The position numbers were made by a program, and so were the translations under genes. Under the pieces are notes generated by a model. The model made no database searches. It saw only the letters and a list, made by a program, of their open reading frames with translations, and was not told the DNA's origin. 64,000 bases of DNA from Tieghemostelium lacteum (lineage: Eukaryota): NCBI GenBank assembly GCA_001606155.1, contig LODT01000035.1:420658-484657 (forward strand). Direction: 5' to 3'. Positions 24,510 to 36,474 of this stretch are shown here, piece by piece (the stretch's first letter is position 1; every line of letters begins with the position of its first letter).

Positions 24510-25299
24510 TTATTGTGGCAATGGTGTGTATATTGATGGTGGTAAGCTTCCATTTTGTTTTAAAACTGGGTATTCTGGTGAGACAATGAGAGAAGGATTG
24601 GGTGTAATTATTTCATATATTGGTTTTTGAACAAAAATCCTTTTAATCAAATCATGAGGAGGGAATCTTAAGGTATCATTCCTTCCATAGAGAAAAGTCA
24701 TTTGTCTATTGGTTACAAAACTATTTGAAGATGTATTGGTTATTATATAATACTCTATTGTTCCCAATATATCAAAAGGTGTTCTATCTATTGAAAAGCA
24801 ATGGAGAGATACATCTTGTGGGTTGTGATTACGTCTTTTGATATTTATATTTGTTACAAAATTTGTTTGTAAAAGAATTTGAATTGTTAAGACCTTTTCA
24901 ATAATGTTCAAGTCATTGAGGATATACCAGCACAATATTGATGTTTTTTTAAATGGATTTTCATTACGATTATAGCCTTTAAAAGTAAAAAAGATTAATA
25001 TATGGAATTTTACTCCTCTTATAAATACAAAAACATATTTACTCAATAATTTATGATTATATATTGCTTGATATAGATTATTTTTTGATGATCCAATAAA
25101 AGATGTCATAAAATATTCATTTCCATTTACTATACCTTTCAAATAACACATAAAGACCAGCTTTAGAAAATAATGAATCTCTTGGAGGTGGCAGAAATTC
25201 ATCCTCATTTGTAGATTCAATACACTGCCAATTTGAATCAATAGGTTGTTGAAAATAACTACCATATAATTTTGGATTTCTCCCGTCTATATTAGACAT
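24510..25299 (-). CDS. Hypothetical protein; two overlapping minus-strand ORFs in different frames (25299..25117 and 25265..24510). An intron, frameshift or pseudogene is possible.
   Basis: ORF MSNIDGRNPKLYGSYFQQPIDSNWQCIESTNEDEFLPPPRDSLF... overlaps a 251-aa ORF in another frame. No recognisable domain; Tyr/Asn/Ile-rich. The join is unresolved. Confidence 0.3.
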
Positions 25300-25438
25300 T
25301 TTTATAAATGGGTAAAATTTTTCTTGAAATTATTTTTTATTCTCACCATATTTTGTAAAACAACACCACATTATTTGTGTTCTTTTTTTAGTTTATCAAA
25401 TATTTATTTATTTATTTTTATTCAATTGTATATTTTCA

Positions 25439-25454
25439 TTGATAATGTCTAGTG

Positions 25455-25514
<60 letters not shown>

Positions 25515-25933
25515 TAAATGAAAATTTGTCTTGCCCAATCCATAACTTTAAAGTTCCTACAAAAGAGAATGGAGTATTCTGGGTTCCATTTTTTGATCCC
25601 ACTAATACTGATTATCAAAATGATCAATTGATAAGATCAAGTGAATGTACGGAGGAATGTAGAAAAAATCTAATTATTTACTATAATAGTATTAAATTAT
25701 GGGCTGATAACAATATTCAAATTTTAAAAAATACAAAACTCCATGTAAAAGAAGGAAGATACTCGGGTTATGGAGAATTTTTAACTTTTTTAGATCCTAC
25801 AATAAACGATATTAAAAAAAGAGATAGAAATCTATTTGAAAATTGTTTAATCAAACCTATTTCAAAGGAAAATTTTGAAGAAAATTGGAAAAGATATTTT
25901 GAAAGATCTCAAGAAACAAATACTAAAAAATGA
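25439..25933 (+). CDS. Hypothetical small protein with an N-terminal poly-Asn tract.
   Basis: 164-aa ORF; the (AAT)n microsatellite encodes N23; no identifiable domain. Confidence 0.4.
25455..25512 (+). repeat. (AAT)n trinucleotide microsatellite of about 19 units, coding for poly-Asn.
   Basis: Direct reading of gataataataat... at 25452-25512. Confidence 0.95.
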
Positions 25934-27365
25934 ATTAATAAAAATTAGAATAGTTTTTATTTCTTAACTGATATAAATGAAAATTTTTTATTTTTAATTT
26001 ATTTATTTTTGTAATTTTATGAATTTGAATATTTTAGGATTTTGATTGTTTATGATTTCATACCACACCACACACACCACAGACTAGATTAATTCCTAAT
26101 TGATTATTTTAGTTCAATATAGCTAGTGGGGGTTCTGTTTGAAAGAATTTGCTGTCATACCAGAAATTTTTCCAGTTGTATATGCTTCAAATATCTGAGT
26201 TCCAACCATTACTGCAACTATATTGGTGACTACTCCACCTGCAACATAACCTGATAGTTTAAATATTTCTTTCAAAGTTTCTTCATCGTTATTTTTAGAA
26301 GCTTTTGGAGAATCTGGATCTTGTTTTTTTGTTGGTGGAGGAGTAGTAATTTTTGGAGTTGGAGGAGGTGAAGTAGCATGGTGTGGATATAATATTTATC
26401 CATTTATAATTACCAATCGTAACTCAGTATTAGGTGGTGATTACACTTTTAAAATTGTTAGAGGGGACATATGTGAATTCAAATATACTTTTAGAAAGTT
26501 ATCCATATCAATTTTTTTAAAAATTCTTAAATAAATAATATTCATTTTCAAAATTAAAAATGGTATTGACAATAATAGTTATAAAATAAAAACAATTATA
26601 ATTTTTATGTTTTTGTTTGAAAAACAAAAAAAAAGAAGGAGGTAAAATTCCGTTTATTAATCTTTTTTTAAAAGGATATATCGTAAAGAAAACCCTAATT
26701 AAAAGAACATCAATATTCACACACTTGAAATACCTTTTTATACATATTTGCAAAGTGTGATAAAGATCAACATGTTATATTCTTTTTGTTTTTATTCAAA
26801 TTTTATAATCAACAAAAATCCCAAAAATAAGGAAAAATAACACATAATTAAAAAACAGTATATTGGAAATATATACTTTTATCTTATTAAATATAACTTT
26901 TTTTTTGGGATTCTGGTGGCAGAGATCAACAAAATACTAATTAGAATCAGCAATAGCTGGTTACTGTTCCAAAAATAAAATTTTAGAATGTTATAATGAA
27001 AATAATGGAGTTATTCTGTCAATATAGAAACAGAATCCACAATATCTAAGTGGTCAAACTGTCCCTTTAATAAATGTCAAAATAATCAATTATATTTGTC
27101 AAGAACCATTTGTAATTGAAAATTCCTTATCTGAATTTGTTAAAATCAATTCACACCAATAATTGTAAATTTTTTTGAACAAATAAAATAACTTTAAGTG
27201 AATAATCATAAGAGTTACATCATAGATACTTTTGAACATTCCAACTAAAATTATTTCAAAGGCAAAAATAAATTTAATTTTAATTGATATTTTTTTTTAT
27301 TTGGATATTTTGCATTCCAATGTAAAACTAAAAAGATTCAACTACTCTAATCAAATAGTCTAAAA

Positions 27366-28133
27366 ATGAAATTATCACTTATTATATTAAGCGTATTACT
27401 TGTAAATATTACAATAGTATCTTGTGATTATGTCAACACTATCTATTCTCTCTATGAAGAAGAAGGAGCATATTGTAACACTCAATATACTGGTGTAGGC
27501 TCTTTTCACACTGGAATTTGCGCAAATAATCAAATTATGAGTTGTGATTACGCTAACAATCAAGTAGTTATCAATAGCTATCTCGACTCATCCTGCACTG
27601 AATTGCACGAAACCAATTCAATCCAATTCAATAAATGTATTGATTTATATTACGTTATCAATTGTACATCTGAACCATTAATCCCACCATCATCATACAG
27701 TCAATTTACCTTCCAAAACTGTGCAAACCAAAACCTCCCATTATTGGTTTACAGTGCTCCAATAGACCAATGTTATGGTACTAACATATATAATTATGGT
27801 TATAGGATGAATATTTGCGATGGTAATATACTCCGTGAATATACTTATAACCCACCAAGTTCAGGTTCCTCTTACAATAACCCAACTTACAGTTCCTCAG
27901 CTGCAACCAGTAGCAGTGGTGGCTCAAATAAATTTGTAAACCCAATGAATTTTGATGATCAACAAATTAAAATGAATATTAAAGCTCCATCTTCATCTCA
28001 ATCCTTTGGTGCAGACAGCTCATCTTCAAATGGTAATTGTTCTGCAGAATATCTCACCTCTTCTACCATTGTTAAATTAACCTCATCATCTCATTGTCAA
28101 ACTGCCAAAACCATTACAGTTTGTAATCAATAA
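27366..28133 (+). CDS. Secreted Cys/Tyr/Asn-rich protein (signal peptide, about 16 Cys).
   Basis: 255-aa ORF with N-terminal MKLSLIILSVLLVNITIVSC. The Cys spacing and Y..C..GVG..GIC motifs resemble the secreted paralogs at 43016 and 43932. Confidence 0.5.
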   Translation: MKLSLIILSVLLVNITIVSCDYVNTIYSLYEEEGAYCNTQYTGVGSFHTGICANNQIMSCDYANNQVVINSYLDSSCTELHETNSIQFNKCIDLYYVINCTSEPLIPPSSYSQFTFQNCANQNLPLLVYSAPIDQCYGTNIYNYGYRMNICDGNILREYTYNPPSSGSSYNNPTYSSSAATSSSGGSNKFVNPMNFDDQQIKMNIKAPSSSQSFGADSSSSNGNCSAEYLTSSTIVKLTSSSHCQTAKTITVCNQ

Positions 28134-28356
28134 AGATTTTAAATCATTATCTTTATCCAAAATGCTCTTTAAGAAAAATTTTACCCAAGGGAATTTAAAA
28201 CTCTTTGTCTGTTCTCAGATATTAAAACAAAAATAGGTCATTTTGAAAACGTTTGATATAAATATACATATATAGATGTCATGATAAATAAATAAATTTT
28301 TTAAATTAATTTTACTTCTGTATTTCATTATTTATTTTACTTTCAAAGATCAAAGA

Positions 28357-31300
28357 TTATTTCATTTTGTGGTAATTTAAGAAAGATAAATTACCATTGG
28401 TATCTACAGTGGCAATGGAGTTCAAATGAATAGAGAGAGAAGTGATTGGGGAGTTTTGAATGAATTCATTTTCAATAGTTTGTGTGGAGGAATTCCAAAC
28501 AATTAGACTACGATCTTTGGATGCTGAAACTATACGATTGTGGTCCAAATAAGCCAATTGAGAGATTTGGGCAGTTTGACTAATTTCAATCTTTGTAATG
28601 GTTCTATCTTGAATATTATAGATGTGAACATCACCTTGGAATGAACCAATAGCTAGATTCTTGGAATCTGGTGAGAAACAAATAGATGAAATGTCACTAG
28701 ATGCATAGGCAATAGAATGTACTGTTGAACCTGGTTGAATTAATAATAAACTATTTCCTCTACCTCCGATAGCAATTAATTCACCATTTGGACTGATAGC
28801 AGTGCACTCCATCCAATCTTCACAACGAGTAATATCAGAAAGGCTGTTGGCTGTAAGATTCAAAAGATAAGCACGGTTACCCCAACCACTGACAACAAAT
28901 ATATCTACTTCCTTACTTGGTAGAGCTGTAATACTTGTAACTTTTTCGTTGGCATTGGAGATCTTTGCTGGACAGTTTGTGATTGGTGTAAAGTTGGTAT
29001 TGGAGTCGTAGGCTAAGAATTTTCCATCTAATCTACCAACTAATAATGAACCTTTAGGTGAGAATGCGCATGAGGTACCTGGACTATCCAAAACAAAGGA
29101 TTTGATATTGACATTCTTTTTGGTGTCCCAAATTCTGAGGTATTGATCTTGACCGACTGTAGCTAATATTTTACCATCAGCTGAGAATGAACAGTCATTG
29201 ATTTGACCTTGGTGAACACTTGTTGATTGAGTTTGTTTATTGAAATCCCAAATCTTTACAGTACCATCTTCAGATGAGGAAACAATAGATTTGTTGAATG
29301 TGCTTGAAGAACTGTTTCCAAAGGAGGATGAAGAAGATCCAGAGCCAGCTGAGAATACAGATTGTTTAACAGCACCAGAGTGACCGGTAAATGTTGCAAC
29401 GCATTTACCTTCGACTGGTAACCATGATTTTACAACACCATCATCAGAGGTAGAGAAGATTCTACCTGATCCATCTAGAGATGAGACCACATCGGATATA
29501 CGTGAATCGTGTTTGAGTGAGGTTACTTCAGTACCAAATTCAGAGTCCCAAACTTTTACAGTGCCATCAAAAGCACATGTGATAATGTATTTTTTATCGG
29601 CTGAGAAGAAACCTTTTTCAACGGAACCTGCATGACCTTTAACGAGGAGTAATTCTTTTTTATTTGCAACTGACCACACTCTGACATTAAAGTCCCAACC
29701 ACCACTGACAATTTTCTTACTGTCTGGTGAGAATGCACAGAAGTTAACCCAATCGGTGTGACCTTGGAGTTTGGCTAATTGTTTGTAAGGTTTACCTACT
29801 AACCAAAGTGTAACACAGTTATCACGGGAAACAGTGGCAACGTATTTGCCATCTGGTGAGAACATACATGATTTAACAGTGTTATTGTTACCAGCTAGGG
29901 TTTCAACAAGGGTCTTTCCAGACCAGATTTTAGTATGGTAGTCATCAGAACATGAAATCAATAGGTTATCTTCAAATGGTGCAAAGGATACACAATTGAT
30001 GGTTTCATTGTGAGCATTTTCAATGTGGTAACTTAAGGTGTTGGTTGTAAGATCCCAAACACGAATGGATTTATCTTCACTTGTTGATGCAAGAAGTTTA
30101 CCATTTCTGTTAAAGCTAAGAGATGAGATGGCTCTGGTGTGTCCTGTGAATTTTGCAATTTCTTTATAGATTTGACCAGAGACATCGTATACTCTGACAA
30201 CACAATCTGAACATCCCATAGCTAATACTGAGCTTGTTGGTGAGAAAGCTAAACAATTTACCCAACCCTCAAAGGTTACACGATATTCACTTAATTGGTT
30301 ACCCAATTGACTTGCCCATAATTTGAGTGTGTTATCGTCAGAAGAGGTTACAAATTGTTGTCCATCATCAGAGAATGAACAGTGATTAACTGATTTGCTA
30401 TGAGTACCAATGACAGAGAGTAATTTAGCTGATGTTGTATCAAAGAGTAATACAGAGTTCTTCATTGTGGTTGCAATAATCTGTTTGGAATTTTGTGAGA
30501 ATTTGCAAGATTTCATTGAACCGTGGTTAGTAGATTCATCAATGACTAATAAGAGACGATTGGCTGCAATGGTTTCAAATGGATCCCAGAGTTTAATAGT
30601 ACCATCCCATGAACAAGAAGCAATTTTAGTACCATCTCTAGACCAGGTAGCACAGTTTACTGGTTTGCTGTGTGCTTTTAATAATCTGAAAATGGCACGA
30701 TCGGCAATGTTAAATATCATTATTGTACTGTCCCAGCTTGCTGTTAACAAAAGGTTATTGTCAACTGGAGAGAATTCAACACAGTTTACAGCACGTTTGT
30801 GGTTACGGAAAGTAGCAATATCTTTTCCAACTACTAAATCCCAAACGATAACAGTTTCATCCCAACTTGCAGAGGCTAAAGTCTTGCTGTCTGATGAGAA
30901 GGATAGAGAGCTTACCCAATTGGAGTGACCAACTAAAGTTTGAATTTCAGCACCGTTGCTTGCCTTGTAAATTCTAATGATGGAATCTTTGCCAGCTGAG
31001 GCAATGAACTTACTATCTAAACTGTATGCAACACAGGTGGCACCATGAGCCAAACCTGTTATAGTTTGTTTACAGCTATCTCTCATCTCTGGTTTATTCA
31101 ACCATTCTACCCAAGATTCTCTGTGTGATGACATTGATTTTTGAGCTACCAAATGAACTTGAGAGCTATTTGGTTGATTGAAAGCTTGTTGGAAAGTAAG
31201 CTCTGGTGAACGACTGAGAATATGAGTATTTCCAGAAACAAATCTATAAAAGTCTTTAAGTTTCTCGAGTGAATCTTTGTTTTTAATCATCTTATTCTGA

Positions 31301-34300
31301 GTAGAGAATGAAGAAGTCTTCTCTTCATCATCAGAATCACCTAGTACCTCTAAATAGTCATTCAAAATCTCAAATGACAAACCAAACTCACATTTCTTTT
31401 GAATGAACAATAAATTGGTGAGAATCTGTTCAAGTGCAATGTATTGCTTAGATTTTGTCAAATGATATGGGAGCTCTGAGAATGCAACACTGTCTTTACC
31501 TTTCCAAGATTGGTTTGAATCAGGATCTGCAATCTTTTGATAGAATGATGCAATCATCTTATGAATACGTGTTGATGATTCTGAAATGGAATGATATCTC
31601 TTCAAAACTACCAATTTAAGTTGATTATGGAAGAATTCTAAACCTTTTTCATTTTGGTCCAAGGATGTGAGGAGTAGTGGTTGAATAGAACGATAGATTC
31701 TTGACCAGATTGATGTTGGTAATGATCTTTCATCTTTTCTAGCTAACATTATCAAAATATCATCTTCGTATAGTGGTTGTCTAGTAGCAGCAATAGCACC
31801 TAAAATCTGACCAATCATTTCTTTACCATGATCCTTTTCTAAACGGTCAAGTATATCATCGAAAAGTTTAGGTAGAGTAGATTGAAGGTTTCTAATTTTA
31901 TCAGAAAGATTTTCAAAGCTACCAAAGTAACGAAGTTCTTCACAGGCCAATACCAAGTACAATGGATTGAATGCATCAGTCTTGGAAAGAAGCATTAACA
32001 TTTGATTGTTATCAGATGATTCGTCAAGTTTCTTACTGAATTCATTAAACTTATTACGAATTAGAGATTTTCTATCGGTTTGGTCTAATGGAGAGATTGT
32101 GAGTTGAGTTGGTGGTGTCTTTCTTCTCTCGAGAACAGAAAGAGTGTGGTCACCATCTACAACAGAGAGTATGAGTTTTACTTGACCACCAACTTGTTGT
32201 GGTAACCAGTCTAAAGAGTGTGCAGAATTCATTTTGTCTAATTGATCTAAACCATCAATGGCAACTATTATCTTTTGGGCTTTAAGAGAAGCTTTCTTTA
32301 ATATTTGTGGGAACATAATCTTTAGTTGACTATAGTCGCTGTCAACATCGATAGTTTCATTGAGTTTAACTTTTTGGTTTAGTTGTAGACAAAGTGAGAG
32401 TAACATCTTTCTGATATCATTGGAACTTGGAATACTTCCAATGAAATGTTGGATAACAATTGGAACCTGTTGTTTTTGTAATCCTTTAACAGGCTCGTGT
32501 ATTGACTGGTTGAGGAAATAGGAAATCAATGAAGTCTTTCCACTACCTGGTTTACCAGAGAGAACAAGAGTATTAGTCTTGTTGAAAATCATCTTTGAAG
32601 CTTTACTGCTACTGAAAGATCTTGGAATTTCAAGGAACTTGTATAGACATGAGATTTCATCTTTTCTACCTACAAAACCTTTACATTTCATATCGGCATA
32701 GAGTTGATGTTGATTCAATTCCATCTTGATTAAATCATTTTGGTCATGAATTTCGTCTTGGTCCAATGGGAAAACTCTACAAATTCTCTCCCAGAGATCA
32801 TTGAGTAATTGTTGGTGTAAGTCTTCTAAACCAGCAGCATATGGAGTACCATCTATAGCACCACCCCATTTAGCTTTATAAGTTGAATATTTTCCAGTTT
32901 GTTGAACAAACTGTTTCAATGAATCCAATTTTACAGAAGCATTAGCATCTTCAGAATCAAATTGTGAACGATATTCTCTTGGTACCTCTTTCATAAATGA
33001 TGGGTCTCTCATATAGAATACACAATTATCAGAAGATTGTGCAGAATTCATTGTGGCATATCTCATTTCCAGTTCGGTAATGGAACGATTGTATTTACCT
33101 GGTAATTCACGAATCCAATCGTATTTGGCATCAAGTGGAATTTTGTCTTTGGTAGGTACCCAACCATATCTTTGTCCAAGTAAACCAATAAAGAATGGTC
33201 TACATCTATCAACTTCTTCTAGACAGAGTTCAACACTCTTGTTTTTACTTGACTCTTCTTCAGTGATACCCCAACGTAAATCAACTTCAGTCAAATGAAT
33301 TCTTCTCTTTTGGCAACGTTCACGAAGTTCAGGGAATACGTATTTTACCAATAGATCTCTTTCACCATGCATATCCAAAAAGGTTGAGGATAAGAAAACT
33401 CTAGCATGTTTCCATGGTTTTTCAATCTTTGCTCTTTGAGATTGTGTATTGGTTTGTGAAGTTGTAGAATCTTCGACAACCAATGGAACTTGAGTTTCCT
33501 CAGTACCAGTTGGAGCAGAAGCCAAATTCTTTGCAGGGTTTTTGATCTTCTTAATTTGATCAATTTGTTCAACATATTGTAATTGTTGATCTGATCCACC
33601 TCTCTCTGCAATAAATTTCAAAATACTGTCGCTGAAACCACTAATGTAAACATCATTTTCATGTTGATTGTCTTTTGGAATATTTGAGCTTTTTCCACTG
33701 AGATCAATAGATACATAGAGAAGATCTGGGTTGATATCTTGACGATACTTTGTAAGAATGTTCTTGTTGATTGATGAGTTGTCAATTTCAAGAACACTGT
33801 CATTGAGAACCAACAAGTTATCCATTCTCTTACCTGGAAGTAAATAGTCATTAAGAATAACATTGGTTGGGAACTCTGGAGTTGGTTGAGAGATACCAGA
33901 GTCATGTGGAAAATCAAATTTAGATTTAACATCTTGAATCAATCTAGCCATATTCTCTAAGATACTATCGAATGCCAATACTGGAACTGCGTGGTATACC
34001 AACTCTGAGTTTCTATTGTACCCTACAAAATATAATTGACAATCTTCACAAACATATTTACACATGAGTGATAGTAAGATTGCATTCTCGACAGCACTGT
34101 ATTTGGAAGTTGGTTGTTTACCCCTAGTTGGAGCAGTTTCAGAAGGGTCTCTGAGATTCTTTGGATCGACATAACAAAAGACAACAGTTGAACCACGAAT
34201 TGGACTAACATTGAGTACAGTAGATAATTTTACAGCAGTATCCAAAGCCTCTCTGTAAGTTTTAAAGAGATCTTGAGCTGGATAATAAGAGATTTTAATT

Positions 34301-35645
34301 TTCTTTTCCTCAGCCCATTCTTTAAGTTGAACGATATCCTTTGGAATAGAATCAAAAGCTGCTAGGAATCTTAGTGGGAACTGTCTACTGTTGGCAATGG
34401 ATTGCTCACTAGTCAACTTATTCAAAATCCATTTATGATAGCTTGGTTGAATACCACAAATCATCATATTTCTGAGATTTCTCAACATGGCTGTAAAAGG
34501 TAATTTATTGTGATCCATAAGTTCCTCCCATGTTGATGCTTTGTTACCTTTTTCAGATACCAAAGTCTCCCAAGTTTCTGGAATTGGTAATTTCATTCTT
34601 TTACCTGCTCTATCAGGTTCAAATTCACCTGGTAACTTGGATTTGAGGAATTCCTCATAGGTTGCTGGGTATTTTTTACCCAATAGTGACATTATATTTA
34701 CAACAGGAGTTGAAAGATGAAGAACTCTAATCAACTGTTTAAATGATGAAGTTTGATTTTCTTGAGATTGTTTCTTTAGTTTTTCAGCTTCCTCTGGGTT
34801 CTTTTTCATCATGAATTTTAATTGTTTTCTCTTTCTTTTCATTTTACCCTCTGTATTATATTTACCTAATTGATAGGTATCAAAATCTACAAACTTATTC
34901 ACCATTACATTTCTCAATGATTTTGGAATAGTTTTTGACCTATTAATAATTAAATTTTAAAAATATTAGTATTTTGATCTTTTTGTGATATTATAAGTAA
35001 TTATACATACTCTGTTAGCTTTGAAATGATATTTGGTAATTCTAACCAATCAGAAGGTAATTTGACTAGATCTTTAAAATATTTTTTTAGGTATGGTTGA
35101 CATAGTGGTATTACAGCAGCCAAACAAATGAGATAGTTTGCAACTGTACGAATACCTAACTCATCACGAGTGTATAATGCCAATTTCAAGATGAATTCAG
35201 GATCATAGTATGAGATATGATAGACTGATGTCATAATAGTCTCAAGAGTTGGTGTCAATTGATTGACTCTTGGCTCTTTAATAAGTGATGCTGAGACTAT
35301 ATTGATCAATTTCAATTTCAAATCTCTCAATTCCTTAGTTCCAAGATAGGGGATAGGTTTAGTTTTCAACTCTTGGAAGAAAGTTGATTGTTTAATACCA
35401 GAATAAACTGGTTGATCATATTGTTTGTTTTCATTTGATGGTTTGAAGGATTGCGAATTTCTTTCTTTTCTTTCTGTGGCTCTTGGAGCTGATCCACCTC
35501 TAGTGGCTCCACCTCTAGTAGATCCACCTCTTGTAGATCCACCTCTTGTAGCCCCACCTCTAGTGGCTCCACCTCTAGTGGCTCCACCTCTTGCTCCGCC
35601 TCTAGCAGCACCTCTAGCTGTTGAAATTCCTCTGCCTCTTTGCAT
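28357..35645 (-). CDS. TEP1 homolog (telomerase-associated protein 1 / vault minor protein). Domain order: RGG box, TROVE, vWA-like, DUF4062, NACHT P-loop NTPase, WD40 repeats. Exons 35645..35011 and 34939..28357.
   Basis: Exon 1 (ORF 35001..35645) encodes MQRGRGISTARGAARGGARGGATRGGATRGG... followed by the start of the TROVE domain (YTRDELGIRTVANYLICLAAV). A GTATGT donor (RC of 35005-35010) and an attaatAG acceptor (RC of 34940-34941) join LTE/SKTIPKSLRNVMV in phase 2. Exon 2 continues with TROVE (LPFTAMLRNLRNMMICG), DUF4062 (ARVFLSSTFLDMHGERDLLVKYVFPEL...VDLRWGI), the NACHT Walker A LVLSGKPGSGKTSLISYF, and more than 20 WD40 repeats (GHSNWVSSLSFSSDSKTLASASWDETVIVWDL ...). Confidence 0.85.
35491..35628 (-). 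repeat. Coding 15-nt tandem repeat (about 9 units) encoding (RGGxT)n, the RGG/RG box of the TEP1 N-terminus.
   Basis: The unit ccacctct(a/t)gt(g/a)g(c/a)t(c/g) repeats on the plus strand. Alt-frame ORFs 35366..35611(-) and 35425..35691(+) are its shadows. Confidence 0.85.
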
Positions 35646-36474
35646 TCTTTATAAAAACTTTAACAAATCACAAATATATATATTAAATTAATTTTTTAAA
35701 AAAACTAAAATTACAGATAAATTTGAAGTAAGTATAACTCCTTCAAAAATAAATTTAGATTTTTTACAATCAAAAAAAAAAAATTTTCATTTTGATCAAA
35801 ACTCTAATTGTTATAAAATTTCTGATTTTTATATTTCATAGAAAAATGTGAGAAATAATTATAAATAACTTAATGAACTTATTCTTACATTTATATAATT
35901 TTCAATCATTTATAATTAAAATATATATTATAAAATGAACTCTTTTTCGGTTTGTAAAAACTGGTCATCTTCTGAAAATACCAGTTTAATAAGTTATTTT
36001 TGGATTAAAAAAGAATATTATGAATTGTATAGATTTTAACTGGAGTCATATGCCAATGGATGTAGACATGTCTTAAGGTTTTGGAATCACACAAATAAAA
36101 TGATAAACATAAATAGGTATGAAATGCGATATGTGATATAGATATTAGCTCAGAGATGAAAAAATTCGATTCGAGATCCAAAGATATTAAATTTAAAAAG
36201 AGGGAATGAGAATTAAACTCAGGTAGGATTGCGGTTTGACCACACAAAAATATCACAAAAATCGTAAAAAAAAATAAAAAAAATCAACCGTTGCATAACC
36301 AAAAAAATAAGGTCCAACAATTACTCAAAGATTGCAACGATCTGATGAGATTCATTATATATCCCTCATTTACTTTTTATTTTATTTTTTTTTTTTCTAT
36401 CAGAACAAACAATTTTTGTAACATTAATTTGTAATATATAAAACATTTTATAAGTATTCCAAAAAGTTTATAAA

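Noticed and set aside
35366-35691. ORFs 35366..35611(-) and 35425..35691(+) with Glu/Leu/Pro repeats
   Set aside because: Frame shadows of the 15-nt RGG-encoding repeat in TEP1 exon 1.
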